Assembly (NCBI RefSeq): GCF_963921235.1
Contig: NC_086097.1
Span: 152,584,001-152,648,000 of the forward strand
DNA from: Mobula hypostoma
Lineage: Eukaryota
DNA length: 64,000 bases
Reading direction: 5' to 3'
Position 1 is the first letter of the stretch, and each line of letters begins with the position of its first letter. Of the stretch, positions 11,637-24,915 are shown in pieces. A program made the translations under genes and the position numbers. Under the pieces are notes generated by a model that searched no databases, was not told where the DNA came from, and was given only the letters and a program-made list of their open reading frames with translations.

Positions 11637-12338
11637 CAATCTTTTCCATGGATGCTGCCCAACCTACTGAGTTCCTCCAGCGTGTTGTGAGTGTTGCTTT
11701 GACCCCAGCATCTGCAGATTATTTTGTGTTTACTCAACAGGCAGGAGTTGATATGCATTATGACCAACCTCTTGAAGCACTTCATCACTGTAAATGTAAG
11801 TGCGATTGCATGATAGTCATTGAGGTAGATTACCACATTCTTCTTGGGCATCAGTATGATTGAAACCTACTTGCTGCAGATGGTTAGCTCAGACTGCTAA
11901 AGCAAGAAGTTTAAGGCATCCACAAAAACTCCAGCAATTGATTTGCACAGATCTTTAGTACTTGAAAGGAAGAAATGTGCCATTTTGGGCATTTCTTTGG
12001 TGCTTTCTTACATAGTGCTCAAGGATATTTCATGAATAAATTTCTTATAAAGATGTGTTACCCATATCAACTTCTCTGATCTCAGAACTCACTCCATTGA
12101 TGGCCTTTGACAAAATATCAATCACTGATCAAAGATTCTGGTTGTTATAAATGATTCCAGGTTACTTAAATGGGGAATCCATTGGCAGAGTCCAAATACA
12201 TTGTTGGTAAGATTTTGTAGTTATCTCAAGCTCCACATAAAGAATAAAACAGACTAGAGAACATGAACTTCAAAATTATTATCTTTTGGCCTGTTGTTGG
12301 TTGAATATTGGACTTACAAGGAAGATACTTGTGATATA

Positions 12339-14092
12339 TAGTTGTGCTAGAAAGTTTGTAAACACTCTAATTTTCTCTACTTCTACGTAAATATGATGTA
12401 AAATGTAATCAGATCTTCACAGAAGTTCTAAAACTAGATAAGGAGCACCCAATTAAATAAACAACATAAAAATATTATACTTGTTCAGTTATTTATTGAG
12501 AAAAATAATCCAGTATTACATGTATTTGTTGGAAAAAGTATGCGAACCTTTGCTTTCAGTAACTGGTGTGACTCCCTTATAAAATAATAACTTCAATCAA
12601 ACGTTTCCAGCAGCTGTTGATCAGTCCTGCACATCGGCTTGAAGGGATTTTAGACCATTCCTCCTTACAAAACTGCTTCAATTCTAGGATGTTGGTGGAC
12701 TTCCTTGCATGAACTGCGTGCTTCAGGTCCTTCCACAACATTTCTATAGGCATTCCAAAACATGAATTTTCTTCTTTTTAAACCATTCTTGTTTTTTGGA
12801 TCATTGTTCTGTTGCATTATCCAACTCTACTAAATTTCAGGTGATGGACTGCTTCCTTGAAAATCTCCTGTAAAATATATTGATGCAATTTTAAATTAAT
12901 TGTTCCCTCAATTACTGCAGGCTGTCCAGACACTGAGGAAGCAAAGCAGCCCCAAACCATGATGCTTCTTCCACCATGCTTCACAGTTAGATTGAGGTTT
13001 TGGTGTTGGTGTGCAGTGCACTTTTTCCTCCATACATAGCAATATACACTTTTGCCAAACAAGTTCAATTTTTGCCACAGAACATTGTCCCAGAAGTATT
13101 GTAGAACATCCAGGTGGTCTTTTGCAAACTTGAGATGTGCAGAATTTTTTTTTGGAGAACAGTGGTTTCTCCATGGTGTCCTTTCATGAACACTATTCTG
13201 GTTCAGTGTTTTTCTTATAATGGACACATGAACAGAGACTTCAGCAAGCTCTAGAGATTTCTGTAGGTCTCCTGTTGATACCATTGTGTTCTTTTTCACC
13301 TCCCTCAGCATTGCACATTGTGCTCCTGGTGTGATCTTTGCCGGATGCCCACTCCTAGGAAGAGTAGCAACAGTACTGGATTTCCTCCATTTGCAGACAA
13401 TTTCTCTTACTGTGGAGTGATGAACACTCAGGTCTTAGAAATGATTTTGTAGACTTTTGCAGCTTCGTGCATCTCTGTATTTCTTCTTCTAAGGTCCTCT
13501 GAAAGTTGTTTTGATCAAGGCATGGTGCACATAAACAAATCTTTCTTGAGAAGAGCAGGCTCTGTCAGTAACCTGACTTTATGTGTGTTTTCTTTATAGA
13601 CCAGGGCAACTCTATGACCCACACCTCCAATCTCATCTCATTGATTGGAACACCTAACTCCAAATAGCTTTTGAAAAAGGCATTACCCGGGAAATTCACA
13701 TTCTTTTTCTAAAAGATACATATAACATTGAACCTTTTTTTCTCAATAAATAAGTGAACAAGTTTAATGTTCTTGTGTTATTTATTTAATTGGCTGCCAT
13801 CCTGACTTCACTAAGTGGGTAATAAAATTAAATGTCCTTCCCTGTTCTTACCTTTATCTCAGCTCAGACTCTCACTGAAGCCTCATGAGCCAAAGTTCCA
13901 GCAATTATTCCTGAAACACAGCTGCTCCTAAATGGTTGTTCCTCGAGAATCTGGCTTCCTTTTATTCACTGCCAGAGACTTTTCTTTATCTAGTTTTCTT
14001 GGACTTATGTGAAGATATGATCACATTTTAGGTCATATTTATGCGGGAAAAGAGAAAATTCTACAGGGTTCGTGAACTTTCAGTCACCACTA
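12339..14092 (-). mobile_element. Tc1-family DNA transposon (long TIRs), degenerate transposase
   Basis: TA-flanked ends TAGTTGTGCTAGAAAGTTTG / GAACTTTCAGTCACCACTA. ORF 12817-13311 has HLKFAKDHL..., TVKHGGRSIMVWGCF. The right TIR is interrupted by a ~13795-13975 insert. Confidence 0.9.
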
Positions 14093-14779
14093 TAGTAGAT
14101 TGCTCTGTAGAATTTCAGGAGCTAGTTGTTGATTGGAAAATGTCTTATTCAATAGACAGCATTAAGAAAATCAAAATTCTGGAAATATTTAGCATCTGTT
14201 CAGAGAGAAATAAAATCAATGTTTTAGATCAATGAGCTTCCATCACATTTAGTAAACGTTCAAGGTAAAACAAGTTTTGAAATCTAGAAAAGTGGCAAGA
14301 AAATAAAGAAGATGTTTGACAGAGTTGAGAGTGGGAGTGTAGAGAGATGGAAAATTATGTTAAATTACCAGCAGAAAAAGGAGCAAAACTAAATGATGAA
14401 GATATGTTATACAAAGGCTTGTTAGTTGCAGAACTTGTTGTTGAGTCCAGATGATATGATTTGCTATTGGAAGCCAAGATGCTATTTTGAAAATGGCACT
14501 ACACCTGACTTCACAGCCAAATATAGCAATTTGCCTTTAATATTTCATATGAGAATCTTATCTGTGACTACACAGCAATCCTCCACACTGTAGCAGATTG
14601 TTAGAGATTTTGTCAAGTTTCAGTGAAGATGGTAAAGAATGTTTAGGAGGCACTGGGAAAATAGTGACTGAGAACTTCCAGTAAGTTCTTGTTCATCCAT
14701 AATAATTATACAAACAGTGAAAAAAAAATTAAAAACTAAGATAATTTTGAATTTGATTCCAATGTGATTTTGTTTTGAC

Positions 14780-14914
14780 TCTAAGTGAATGGTTTCCCAC
14801 CCCAAAATATTGACTAGTCCTTTTCCTCCATAGCTGCTACCTGACCTGCTGAGTTTCTCCAGCATGTTGTGTGTGTTGCTCAAAATTTACAGCATCTGCA
14901 GAATCTCTTGTGTC
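14780..14914 (+). mobile_element. Old Penelope 3' tail
   Basis: CTGACCTGCTGAGTTTCTCCAGCATGTTGTGTGTGTTGC...CAGCATCTGCAGAATCTCTTGTGT. Confidence 0.75.
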
Positions 14915-15198
14915 TCTGATTTTATTCACTTGCTATCTCTATCAGCCTATAAGACTGCTATTAGACTCTTATATGTTTTTTTGCAAGAGGTAGTTGGTTC
15001 TAATTGTGTTTCATAAGCTGTACTGTACTCCTCCTGCCTATCCACTTTGTCAAATAAGAATACTTCCAGCAAAGGTACAAACTGATTTTGTTTATCTGCA
15101 CTGCACATTCGCTGTAGTCCCCACTCTATATTCTGCATGCTGGTTTCTCTTTGGTACCTCAATAATTTATCAATCCAAATGTCATGCAGAGTAAGATT

Positions 15199-16061
15199 TG
15201 TGACGAGAATACACATAAAATTAAGATGTTTGCTGGCCTGGGTTAGCATCAGTGGCATCAGCAGTTGGTCTGCCACCTGCCCTCAGGGGAAGGAGAGATA
15301 AGGAACAATGGAGCAGCGTCTGGAGATGTGTAATGAAGGGACGGGGGAGAGAGAGCTGTCTGGAGCGGCTCCCCCCTTTGAACCTTGAACTGTTTGAAGT
15401 GATGGACAGGCGATACCCCAGCAGGGGGATAAAAAGGGACCGGTTCGCTAAGGCAGGACACACGCCACCCGAGGTAATGAGACCCTGGAAGCGGTACGCT
15501 TCTCACGAGTCGGTGAGAAGTATCAGACAACGGCCAGGGTGGAAAGGTACGATCAGCGGGAACCGGGCGTGTGTCCGCCCTTGCCTGGGTGCCGGGTTCA
15601 CTGCAGAGGATCGACCGCATCTGGAGGAGGGGTCACAGTCGGTGACCTCAGGTGACATCACCAAGGACCCGCCCAAAAGCTGCTTGTGAGCCATCTCGCC
15701 GGTCTGTGAGTGGAAGCCGTGTCTGAATGATCAGTTGTTCCTGTTCTATCTCTCTCTTCCCCCACGTTGTCCATCGCCATGGCAACGATTACTGCGAACT
15801 GAACTACTAAAACTGGACTGAACTTTGAGTCACTTTGAAATTTGGTCATTTACCCCTAGACAACGATAGAGCTTGATTGATGCTGTTATCTTAATTCTGT
15901 GCACATCTGTGTTTAGCATCCCTGAACCGTTGCATTTATTATCCTTTCGATTACTGTGTTGCTTGTTTCTTTAATAGAACTTTCTTAGTTCTAGTACTCC
16001 AGACTCCAACTGAGTGATCCATCTCTGCTGGTTTGGCAACCCAGTTACGGGGTACGTAACA
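15199..16061. mobile_element. Solo LTR (863 bp) with 4-bp TSD
   Basis: Termini TGTGACG...CGTAACA, flanked by GATT (15195-15198, 16062-16065). GC/CpG-rich, so probably young. Confidence 0.85.
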
Positions 16062-16067
16062 GATTTT

Positions 16068-16434
16068 TCACAGATGCAAGAGATTCTGCATATCTGAGGA
16101 ATCGTGAGCAACACACACCATGCTGTAGCAACTCAGCAATGTCAGGCAGCAGCTATAGAGGTGAATAAACAATCAACATCTTGGGCTGAGACATTTCATC
16201 AGGACTGGAAAGCAACGGGGCTGAAGCCATAATAAGAAGCCAGAGGGAGGGGAGGAGTTCAAGCTGGCAAGTGATAAATGAGACCAGGTGAGAAGGATGA
16301 TGCAAGAAGCTGTGAAACAACAGGATGGAAGAGGTACAGAAAAGTACTGAAGAAGGAAGAATCAAATAGGAGGTGACAGTGGACCAGGGAATAAAGGGAA
16401 ATGGGTGGGCAACGAGAGGGAGGTGATGGGCAGT
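16068..16434 (-). mobile_element. Old Penelope 3' tail with degenerate hammerhead
   Basis: Minus strand reads CCAGTCCTGATGAAATGTCTCAGCCCAAGATGTTGATTG at 16170-16209. Confidence 0.75.
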
Positions 16435-16744
16435 TTTTAAAGTATATCTCAGTTTGTATGTCAATAATAAAAATACCAATATTGCAACAGAAAATAGAAA
16501 TATGTGCAGGTTTGGAAAGAGGTGAAAATCATAATGGTCTGATGATGGAATTCAACATATTGTGGGTTCTGTGTTGATTTATGGCATTAGATTACAAAAT
16601 GCAAAGTTTAAAGAGCTCTTCCTGAACTCAGAGTGATAAAATATAGCTTTCAATTGATGTAATTGTTTATGCATAGAAAACCAGCGTATAATGTATTTAA
16701 GTTCAACTGGCTTTCCCAACCCCGCCCTTTCCCCATTGGCATGT

Positions 16745-17085
16745 GACATAGAACGCAACAGAGGAACAGACCTTCCACTCCCACAATGTTATCCCAAAAT
16801 AATTAATCTAATGGCACTTAAACCTTTTAGTCTGCATATAGCCCATGTGCTTCCATTCATGTGATATCTGCCTCCATCACACCCCGGCAAAATATTCCAG
16901 ACACCCACCACTCAGCATGTAAAGAAAGCTTGCTCTCCCAGTCTCCTTTAAAGATTCCCTCTCTCACCTAAATGCGTGTTCTCTTGTTTTAGACATTTTG
17001 ACCCCAAGAAAGAGATACCAGCAGTGTATTTGATCTTTGTCTCTCATAATTTTATAAACTTCTGTCAGGTCTCCCCTTAGCTACT
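16745..17085 (-). mobile_element. Old CR1 3' fragment
   Basis: Similar to the CR1 end at 21722-22130. Confidence 0.65.
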
Positions 17086-18169
17086 CATGGATGCTGTAAG
17101 TCAGAGTGAATACCATATTCAGCTAGGCTGATGTATAAAGAATACCCATCTGGGAATACAGAAGAACTGCTACTCGTGATGCAATTACAAGCCAACACTG
17201 AGAACCAAAGTTCAAGTTACTGTACATATATGTCACCATATACTACCCTGAGATTTTCTTAAACACAACAGCAAATAAGGATTAAAAGTAAGTAGATAAA
17301 TGTTGCCTTAAGCATACAACAACTGCAAGACTGTTCCAGTAGCTCAGGACTGCTTTGTTTTAATTGTTGCCCTGTTATAACCTCAAGCTCACTTCCTGCC
17401 AGGAAATGCTAATGGTATTTGGAAATTGGGAAGAATTGACATTATGGGATGTTCGTACTGATATGATTAGAAACAACTGCCAAAGTAAAAAGAAGCTCAA
17501 GACTTGAGAATCTGCAATTAAAAGCAGAAAGAGCTAGAAAGATAGAACAGGTTAATTAGCAACATAAAGATGAGAGAGCAAGATTAAAATAAGGAATCAA
17601 ACCTGAAAAATAGGGGTCATGATTTTGAGGGGAAGTCACAAAAAGAATCAATGCACATCTAACTAGCAAACTGGATTTAAATAGGATATTCTTAAAATTT
17701 AAAATTGGCTCTATGATCATTGTTATCTTAAACAAGTGTTTCTGAAATCTAGAGGATTCAATAACATGAGATCTTCACAAACAGTATTAATTATCTTGTT
17801 GGCAGAAATTGTGACTCCTTGATTTACATGGCAGGAAGGAGAAACTTTTGCCGAAAAATTCATGAAAGAACAGACACTGAGCTGATTTGGTTGTCTTATT
17901 GCAAAATGCACAATCCATTTAGCTGATCTTTACAGAACAGATTTAACCTCTGTTATATTTTCTTATTAAGCTGATTACCAATGGGGTGGCAAAATTCATC
18001 TCATAATTTTTTTGGGAGAGGTTTTTTGGTGAAAGTTAAAGGAATTTTTAAAAACAGTGAGCATAAACTTGGGTTTTAAGAATTGTCCTTTTTAAAATTC
18101 AAGAGAAAGAACCAATATACATTTTTTCTTCAGATTAAAAAATGTGAAAAAACAGAGGAACCTTTGTCT

Positions 18170-18530
18170 ATATGCATAATCTTTGAAGGAGGAAGAATGT
18201 GTTTAGGGAGTGATTGGTAAGTATTAGAAAATACTGGCAGGGTATAAGTAATTCTGAGCTGCATAAGTACACATGGTGAGTTCAAATGCCAACATGCATA
18301 TTAAAAATTCAGTTGAATTTTTGAATTCAGCTCAATGTTTATGAAAATTTCAATTCTGGACACCACACTTTGGGAAAAATTTGAAGTTCCTAAACAAAGT
18401 GAGGAAAAAAGTTACAAGAAGAGTTCCAGGGAAAGGGACTTTCAGCTATTATGTAGGTCCAGAACTGTTTTACAGTCAGCAAAGAAGGCTGAATGAAAGT
18501 CTGAAAAAGGAGTAAGGGATCATGACAATT
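18170..18530 (+). mobile_element. Highly decayed CR1 RT C-terminal fragment
   Basis: Residual QFWTPHFGK...RVPG similarity to the CR1 ORF2 end. Confidence 0.45.
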
Positions 18531-18649
18531 TTAATTGGGATAAATAAAGAACAACTGTTCCCTTTTGCAGTTAATTCCAGAACTGAGGAACACAGAAAAG
18601 AAAATGAGTAAATAATACAAGGGGCACGTTAGGACAAAGGCAATGGTCA

Positions 18650-18925
18650 TGGTTTGGAATTCTCCGTAGAAATCCCAGTCTGAATTCTTCCACATTCCCA
18701 TCAGTTCACCCCAAATCTTTCCACTCACCTATTTACTAGTGGCAATTTACAGTGGCCAATTCAACTATCAATCTGCTCACCTTTGGGATATGGGAATAAG
18801 TTAAAGCAGCTGATGATAAACTCCATGATCCCAGAGGGAATGTGAAAACTCCATGCAGACAGCATCCAAGGACATGATTGAACCCAGATGTCCAGCACTG
18901 GGAAGCAGTGGCTCTACCCACTCTG
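18650..18925 (-). mobile_element. V-SINE/HE1-like tRNA-derived SINE
   Basis: Minus-strand core GGGTTCAATC...CTGTCTGCATGGAGTTTTCACATTC, ...AATTGGCCACTGTAAATTGCC. Confidence 0.7.
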
Positions 18926-19165
18926 CATTTGTGTAAGCACCCAACATTAACTACAGGTGATTGTGATTGTTCAATCAGAATATGAAAGTAATAATCACAA
19001 TATTTTATTCAGTTTTAAAAAAGGAAAATTAAGGCAAATCTTAGAGGCAGGAGTTAAATTCTTATTTCACCCTTGAAGTAATTTTCTCAACCCCCAAGTC
19101 CAAAAAGCTTTCATTCCAGCTAGTTCCCCAGCATACTTTCCAAAAGCAATTTGAGGACTTGCATC

Positions 19166-19221
19166 TATGTATGTATATAGATAGGTCAATAGATGGATAG
19201 ATAGATAGATAGATAGATAGA

Positions 19222-19252
<31 letters not shown>
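19166..19252. repeat. (TAGA)n(TACA)n microsatellite forming the tail of a Rex1 copy
   Basis: Direct reading. Confidence 0.95.
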
Positions 19253-19254
<2 letters not shown>

Positions 19255-20655
19255 TATTGACTCCAAAGAAGATTACAATGTCACAGTACCATCACAAGTG
19301 CACAGATACAAATATTAGACGAGAAGTAAGAAAGAATAAACAAATAAGTTACCACAAACAGTCTAACAGGAGGAGTCATCACTTCCCTGCTATAGGTGGA
19401 AACATTATAGAGCCTAATGGCCAAGGGTAAGAAGGACCTCATATCGCGCTCTTTGGAGCAGTGCAATTACTAAAAGTGCTCCTCTGTTCAGCCAACGTGG
19501 CATGCAGAAGGTGAGAAACATTGTCCAGAATTTCTAGGATTTTCCAAAGGGTCCTTTTGTTCTACCACAGCCTCCAGTGTGTCCAGTTTGACTCCTATAA
19601 CAGAGCCCACTTTTCTAATCAGTTTATTAAGCCTGTTGGCATCACCTGTATTGACGCCATTGCCCCAGCCCACCACTGCACAGAAGATTGTACTGGTGAC
19701 ACAGAATAGTAGAACATGTGAAGGAGGGGCCTGCACACTCCAAAGGACCTCATTCTCCTCAGGAAATAGACGTGACTCTGGCCCTTCTTGTACACAGCCT
19801 CTGTGTTGGTGTTCCACTTAGGTCTGTCATCCATGTGCATCCCCAAGTACTTGTAGGTCCTCACCACATCCACGTCCTCACCATCACCATCAATAGTAAC
19901 AGGGAGCAGTGCAGGCTTAGTCTTCCTAAAGTCCATCACCATCTCCTTAGTTTTACTGATGTTGAGCTGCAGACGGTTCAGCTTGCATCATCTGGCAAAG
20001 TCCTCCACCAGGGCCCTGTATTCATCCTCCCATCCTCCCTTTATACACCCAACTATTGCTGAGTTATCAGAGAATTTCTGCAGATGATGTTCCTCAATGT
20101 TGCATCAAAAGTCCGAGGTATATAGGGTAAACAGGAAGGGAGCCAATACAGCCCCCTTTGGTACCCCAGTGCTACTTACAGCCATATCTGAGACACAGCT
20201 CTGAAGCCGTGCAAACTGTGGTCTGCCAGTCAGGTAGTCCATTACCAGGATACAATGGAAGTGCCCACCTTCATCCTTTCTTTTCTTTCTTTTTCAATCT
20301 TTTATTAATATCAAAATGATAAACATAACATAGTATTAATACAAAGCTATTGGGATTACATTGTTAATAATTAACATATAAATATAAACTCAGATGGCAC
20401 ACAGGTATTAAACCTCGCAAAATTGTACAAAATATGAATATAATATACAAAAACAGAAATAGCATGAAAAAAGGAAAAAGAAAAAAAAATACCCTCCTAG
20501 AAAAGCTAATCTAAACAATGCTAACTATCCCACCTTTATTGAATGGAGCTTTTCCCCAGCAGTGAGGGCTATATGGTATTGAAGACACTTGGGTAATCAG
20601 AAAACATGATCCTTACAGTGCTGCCCTGCTTATCCAAATGGGAGTAGGCTCTGTT
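19170..20655 (-). mobile_element. Rex1/Babar LINE 3' half (RT), interrupted by an L1-like 3' fragment
   Basis: MVMDFRKTK...VRTYKYLG, KKGQSHVYFLRRMRSFGV, HLQKFSDNSAIVG motifs. Confidence 0.88.
20275..20528 (-). mobile_element. L1-like 3' UTR fragment with A-rich tail and 11-bp TSD
   Basis: CCCACCTTYAT at 20264-20274 and 20529-20539. AATAAA plus A-rich tail on the minus strand, similar to 47070-47103. Confidence 0.7.
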
Positions 20656-23600
20656 TGAATTGAATTGATTTTATTTCTTATATCCTTCATATACATGAGG
20701 AGTAAAAATCTTTATGATACATCTCCATCTAAATGTGCAATGTGCAATCATAGTAATTTAAAGTAATTTATAATAAATAGAACAATCAATGTAATATAGA
20801 GTACACTTAATTCAGTTGTGAGTTCATCAGCCTGATGGCCTGGTGGAAGAAGCAGTCCCGGAGCCTGTTGGTCCTGGCTTTTGTTCTGCGGTACCACTTC
20901 CTGGATGGTAACAGCTGGAGTAGATTGTGGTTGGGATGACTTGGGTCCCCAATGATTCTACGGGCCCTGTTTACACACCTGTCCTTGTAAATGTCCTGAA
21001 TCATGGGAAGTTCACAAGTATAGATGTGCTCGGCTGTCTGTACCACTCTCTACAGAGTCCTGCGATTAAGGAAGGTACAGTTCCAATACCAGGCAGTGAT
21101 GCAGCCAGTCAGGATACTCTCAATTGTGCCCCTGTAGAAAGTACTAAGGATCTGGGAACCCATACCAAACCTCCTCAACCGTCTGAGGTGCTGTTGAGCC
21201 TTTATCACCACACAGCTAGTGTGCACAGACCACGTGAGGTCCTCGATGATGTGGATGCTGAGCAACTTGAAGCTGTTTACCCTCTCAACCCCAGATCCAT
21301 TGATGTTAATAGGGGTTAGCCTGTCTCCATCCCTCCTGTAATCCACAACCAGCTCCTTTGTTTTTGCGACACTGAAGGAGAAGTTATTTTCTTGACACCA
21401 CTGTGTCAGAGAGATGACTTCTTCCCTGTATGCCACCTCGTTATTGTTTGAAATAAGGCCAAACGATGTGGTGTCAACGGCAAATTTAATTAGCAGATTG
21501 GAGCTGTGGGTGGTGATACAGTCATGGGTATACAGGGAGTAAAGGAGGGGACTCAGTACGCAGCTCCGAGGGGCTCCTGTATTGAGAGTCAAAGTGTTGG
21601 AGGTGAGGGAGCCCACTCTTATAACGTGGTGGCGATCTGACAGGAAGTCCAGTATCCATCTGCACAAGGTAAGGTCAAGGACGAGGTCTCTGAGCTTCTT
21701 GTCGAGCCTGGATGGAACTATAATAGAACATAGAACATAGAATAGTACAGCACAGTATAGGCCCTTCAGCCCACATTGTTGTGCCGACCCTCAAACCCTG
21801 CCTCCCATATAACCCCCCCATCTTAAATTCCTCCATATACCTGTCTAGTAGTCTCTCAAATTTCACTAGTGTATCTGCCTCCACCACTGACTCAGGCAGG
21901 GTATTCTATGCACCAATCACGCTCTGAGTAAAAAACCTTCATTTAATTTCCCCCTTGAACTTCCCACCCCTTACCTTAAAGCCATGTCCCCTTGTATTGA
22001 GCAGTGGTGCCCTGGTGAAGAGGCACTGGCTATCCACTCTATCTATTCCTCTTAATATCTTGTATACCTCTATCATGTCTCCTCTCATCTTCCTTCCCTC
22101 CAAAGAGTAAAGCCCTAGCTCCCTTAATCTCTGATCATAATCCATACTCTCTAAACCAGGCAGCATCCTGGTAGATTTCCTCTGTACCCTTTCCAATGTT
22201 TCCACATCCTTCCTATAGTGAGACGACCAGAACTGGACACAGTACTCCAAGTGTGGCCTAACCAGACTTTTATAGAGCTGCATCATTACCTCGCAACTTT
22301 TAAACTCTATCCCTCGACTTATGAAAGCTAACACCCCATAAGCTTTCTTAACTACCCTATCTACCTGTGAGGCAACTTTCAGGGATCTGTGGACATGTAC
22401 CCCCAGATCCCTCTGCTCCTCCACACTACCAAGTATCCTGCCATTTACTTTGTACTCTGCCTCGGAGTTTGTCCTTCCAAAGTGTACCACCTCACATTTC
22501 TCCAGGTTGAATTCCATCTGCCACTTTTCAGTCCACTTCTGCAACCTATCAATGTCTCTCTGCAATCTTCAACAATCCTCTACACTATCTACAACACCAC
22601 CAACGTTTGTGTCATCTGCAAACTTGCCTACCCACCCTTCTACCCCCACATCCAGGTCGTTAATAAAAATCACGAAAAGTAGAGGTCCCAGAACAGATCC
22701 TTGTGGGACACCACTAGTCACAATCCTCCAATCTGAATGTATTCCATCCACCACCACCCTCTGCCTTCTGCAGGCAAGCCAATTCTGAATCCACCTGGAA
22801 AAACTTCCCTGGATCCCATGCCTTCTGACTTTCTGAATAAGCCTACCATGTGGAACCTTGTCAGATGGAATGCTGAACTGTAGTCCAGGAACAGCATTCT
22901 CACATAAGTATCCTTCTTCTCCAGACGTGTAAGGACGGTATGTAGAGCAGTGGCTATTGCGTCATCTGTCGATCAGTTGTGTCAGTAGGTGAATTGTAGG
23001 GGGTCCAGTGTGGGTGGTAACAAGCTGCAGATGTAGTCCTTGACCAGCCTCTCAAAGCATTTGCTTATTATTGAGGTGAGTGCGATAGGAAGCCAGTCGT
23101 TCAGGCATGTTACCTTGGTTTTTGTTGGTACAGGGACAATGGTGGATAATTTGACGCAAGAGGACACTCTACACTGGGAGAGGGAGAGATTAAAAATGTC
23201 AGTAAACACACCTGCCAGTTGTGCTGCGCACATCCTGAATAGTTGCCCTGGGATGCCGTCCAGCCCAGCAGCCTTGTGACTGTCCACTTGTTGGAAACAT
23301 CTGTGTACCTCAGCCTCAGAGACGACCAGGTTGCAGGGTGTAGCGGTGGCTTTCCTCAGAGGGTCAGAGTTAGTGACATCGAACCGCGCGTAAAAGTGAT
23401 TGAGCTCATCTGGGAGAGAGGCCGCGATGTTGGCAGCACCACAACGTTTAACTTTGAAGTCTACGATGGTATGCAGCCCTCGCCACAAGTCACACATGCT
23501 AGTTGTTGTGAATCTTGACTCAATCTACTCTCTATATTGTTGTTCCACAGCCTTGATAGCTTTGCACAGATCATAGCTGCTTTTCTTCAGCTCTAGTTAA

Positions 23601-24310
23601 TCGCCAGCGATGTAAGTTCGATATCGCGCTGTAAGTACTGCTCGCACAAAACTATTGATCCAGGATTTCTGGTTCAGGAAGACCCTAACCGATTTCTGGG
23701 AGACAACATCATCGATGCACTTTCGGATTCAGCACGTGCCTCCATCAGTGAACTTGGAGACATCCTCATTGTGGAAGACATTCCAGTAGATGTCATCGAA
23801 GCAGTCCTGGAGGCCATTGGTCGGACCAGCAGTGGACTATAGCTGCCTCTTATTTCAGCATCTGCCTGTATGTTGGCAAAAACAGGATCAAAGAGTGATC
23901 GGGTTTTCCAAAAGCTGGGAAAAGGAGAGCTTTGTAAGCGTTACAGAAGGGAGTGTAGCAGTGGTCAAGTGTGTTATCTCCGCGAGTGCTCACCTGGATG
24001 TGCTGACGAAACTTCGGGGAGACTTTAATCAGCGACGCTCGATTAAAGTCACCGGTGACGATGAAGGCACCCTCTGGGTGTGCAGTCTCCAGCATGTTGA
24101 TAGTCTCGTATGGTTCCTTGAGAGTCAGGTCAGTATCAGCCTGCGGCGGAATGTACACTACTGTGATAACAGCCGTGAGCAGGTAGATGACAACACCATT
24201 GACTCCAATGTGCTTGTATTGAGGGCTGATCTGACCAGGGGTTGGAGGAGAGTCAGGACCAGACTCTTTAGTGTCTTCATGATGTTTGAGGTCAGGGCGA
24301 CTGGGTGGTA
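20655..24310 (-). mobile_element. Long Rex1/Babar LINE (APE + RT), frameshifted, interrupted by a CR1
   Basis: APE motifs VVYIPPQA, FIVTGDFN, TLDHCY, DH (23850-24368). RT motifs [62 protein letters not shown]. (CAATT)n tail. Confidence 0.92.
21722..22862 (-). mobile_element. Young CR1 3' portion (RT C-terminal region)
   Basis: [28 protein letters not shown] and ORF 21939-22565 (WQMEFN.EKCEVVHFG, RPHLEYCVQFWS). (TTCTATG)n tail. Confidence 0.95.
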
Positions 24311-24704
24311 GCCATTCAAGACTTTTGGTATAGCCTTGTAGGGTACAAGCTTCTATATAGCAAGTCAAGGTGCTTTACTAAATTCTTTATAGTATTGACA
24401 TTGTTGGAGTACAGAACTCGTAAAAGCAAATTTGTGCGCAAAAGATTTCCAAGATAGCAATCTGATTCTGATTACATAATCAGTAATGTCAGTATTGATT
24501 GAGGAGTAAGTATTTCACAAGCACTCCACTCTTGTCTTTCAGGATAGTGTTGTAGAATCTTTAATGCCCTCTTCTAGGAGCAGTTAGGGTTTCAATTGAA
24601 CACCTCAAACAGATGTTTAATTGAGCATTCCCTCAATATTGCACTAGCCATTTAAAAATTATTTTTAAGTGTCCAGAGTGGATCTCACAATCCACTTAAC
24701 CAAA

Positions 24705-24915
24705 AACATAAGAGATTCTGTAGGTGTTGGAAGAAACCCACAAAAATGCTGAAGGAACTCAGCAGGTCAGGTTGCATCTATGGGGTGATTAAACTGCTGA
24801 TGCTTCAGGTTGAGACACTTCATCAAGACTGGAAAGGAAAGGGGAGACTGTTTATTCATTTCCATAGATGCTGTCTGACCTGCTGAGTTCCTCCAGCATT
24901 TTGTGTATGTTTCTT
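24705..24915. mobile_element. Older fold-back Penelope tail insert with degenerate hammerhead
   Basis: Inverted arms 24740-24790 / 24855-24905. Imperfect TSD CACTTAACCAAA / CACTTAAGCAGA. Confidence 0.75.

Larger units (their letters stand above)
9770..11731. mobile_element. Young inverted (divergent-arm) Neptune-type Penelope insertion with ~760-bp inverted arms; 15-bp TSD
   Basis: ACTC(C/A)ACAGGCAGGA at 9755-9769 and 11732-11746. The minus arm 9770-10930 and plus arm 10931-11731 each carry a GIY-YIG ORF end and a 3' tail. Confidence 0.92.
7990..11960 (-). mobile_element. Degenerate Rex1/Babar LINE interrupted by later insertions (8725-9118; 9770-11731)
   Basis: [29 protein letters not shown] (11745-11851) and a DLLQFVF segment. 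(TTTGAAC)n tail at 7991-8007. Confidence 0.8.

Noticed and set aside
17805..17890. Possible exon NCDSLIYMAGRRNFCRKIHERTDTELIW in unique sequence
   Set aside because: Weak donor site and no recognisable homology.
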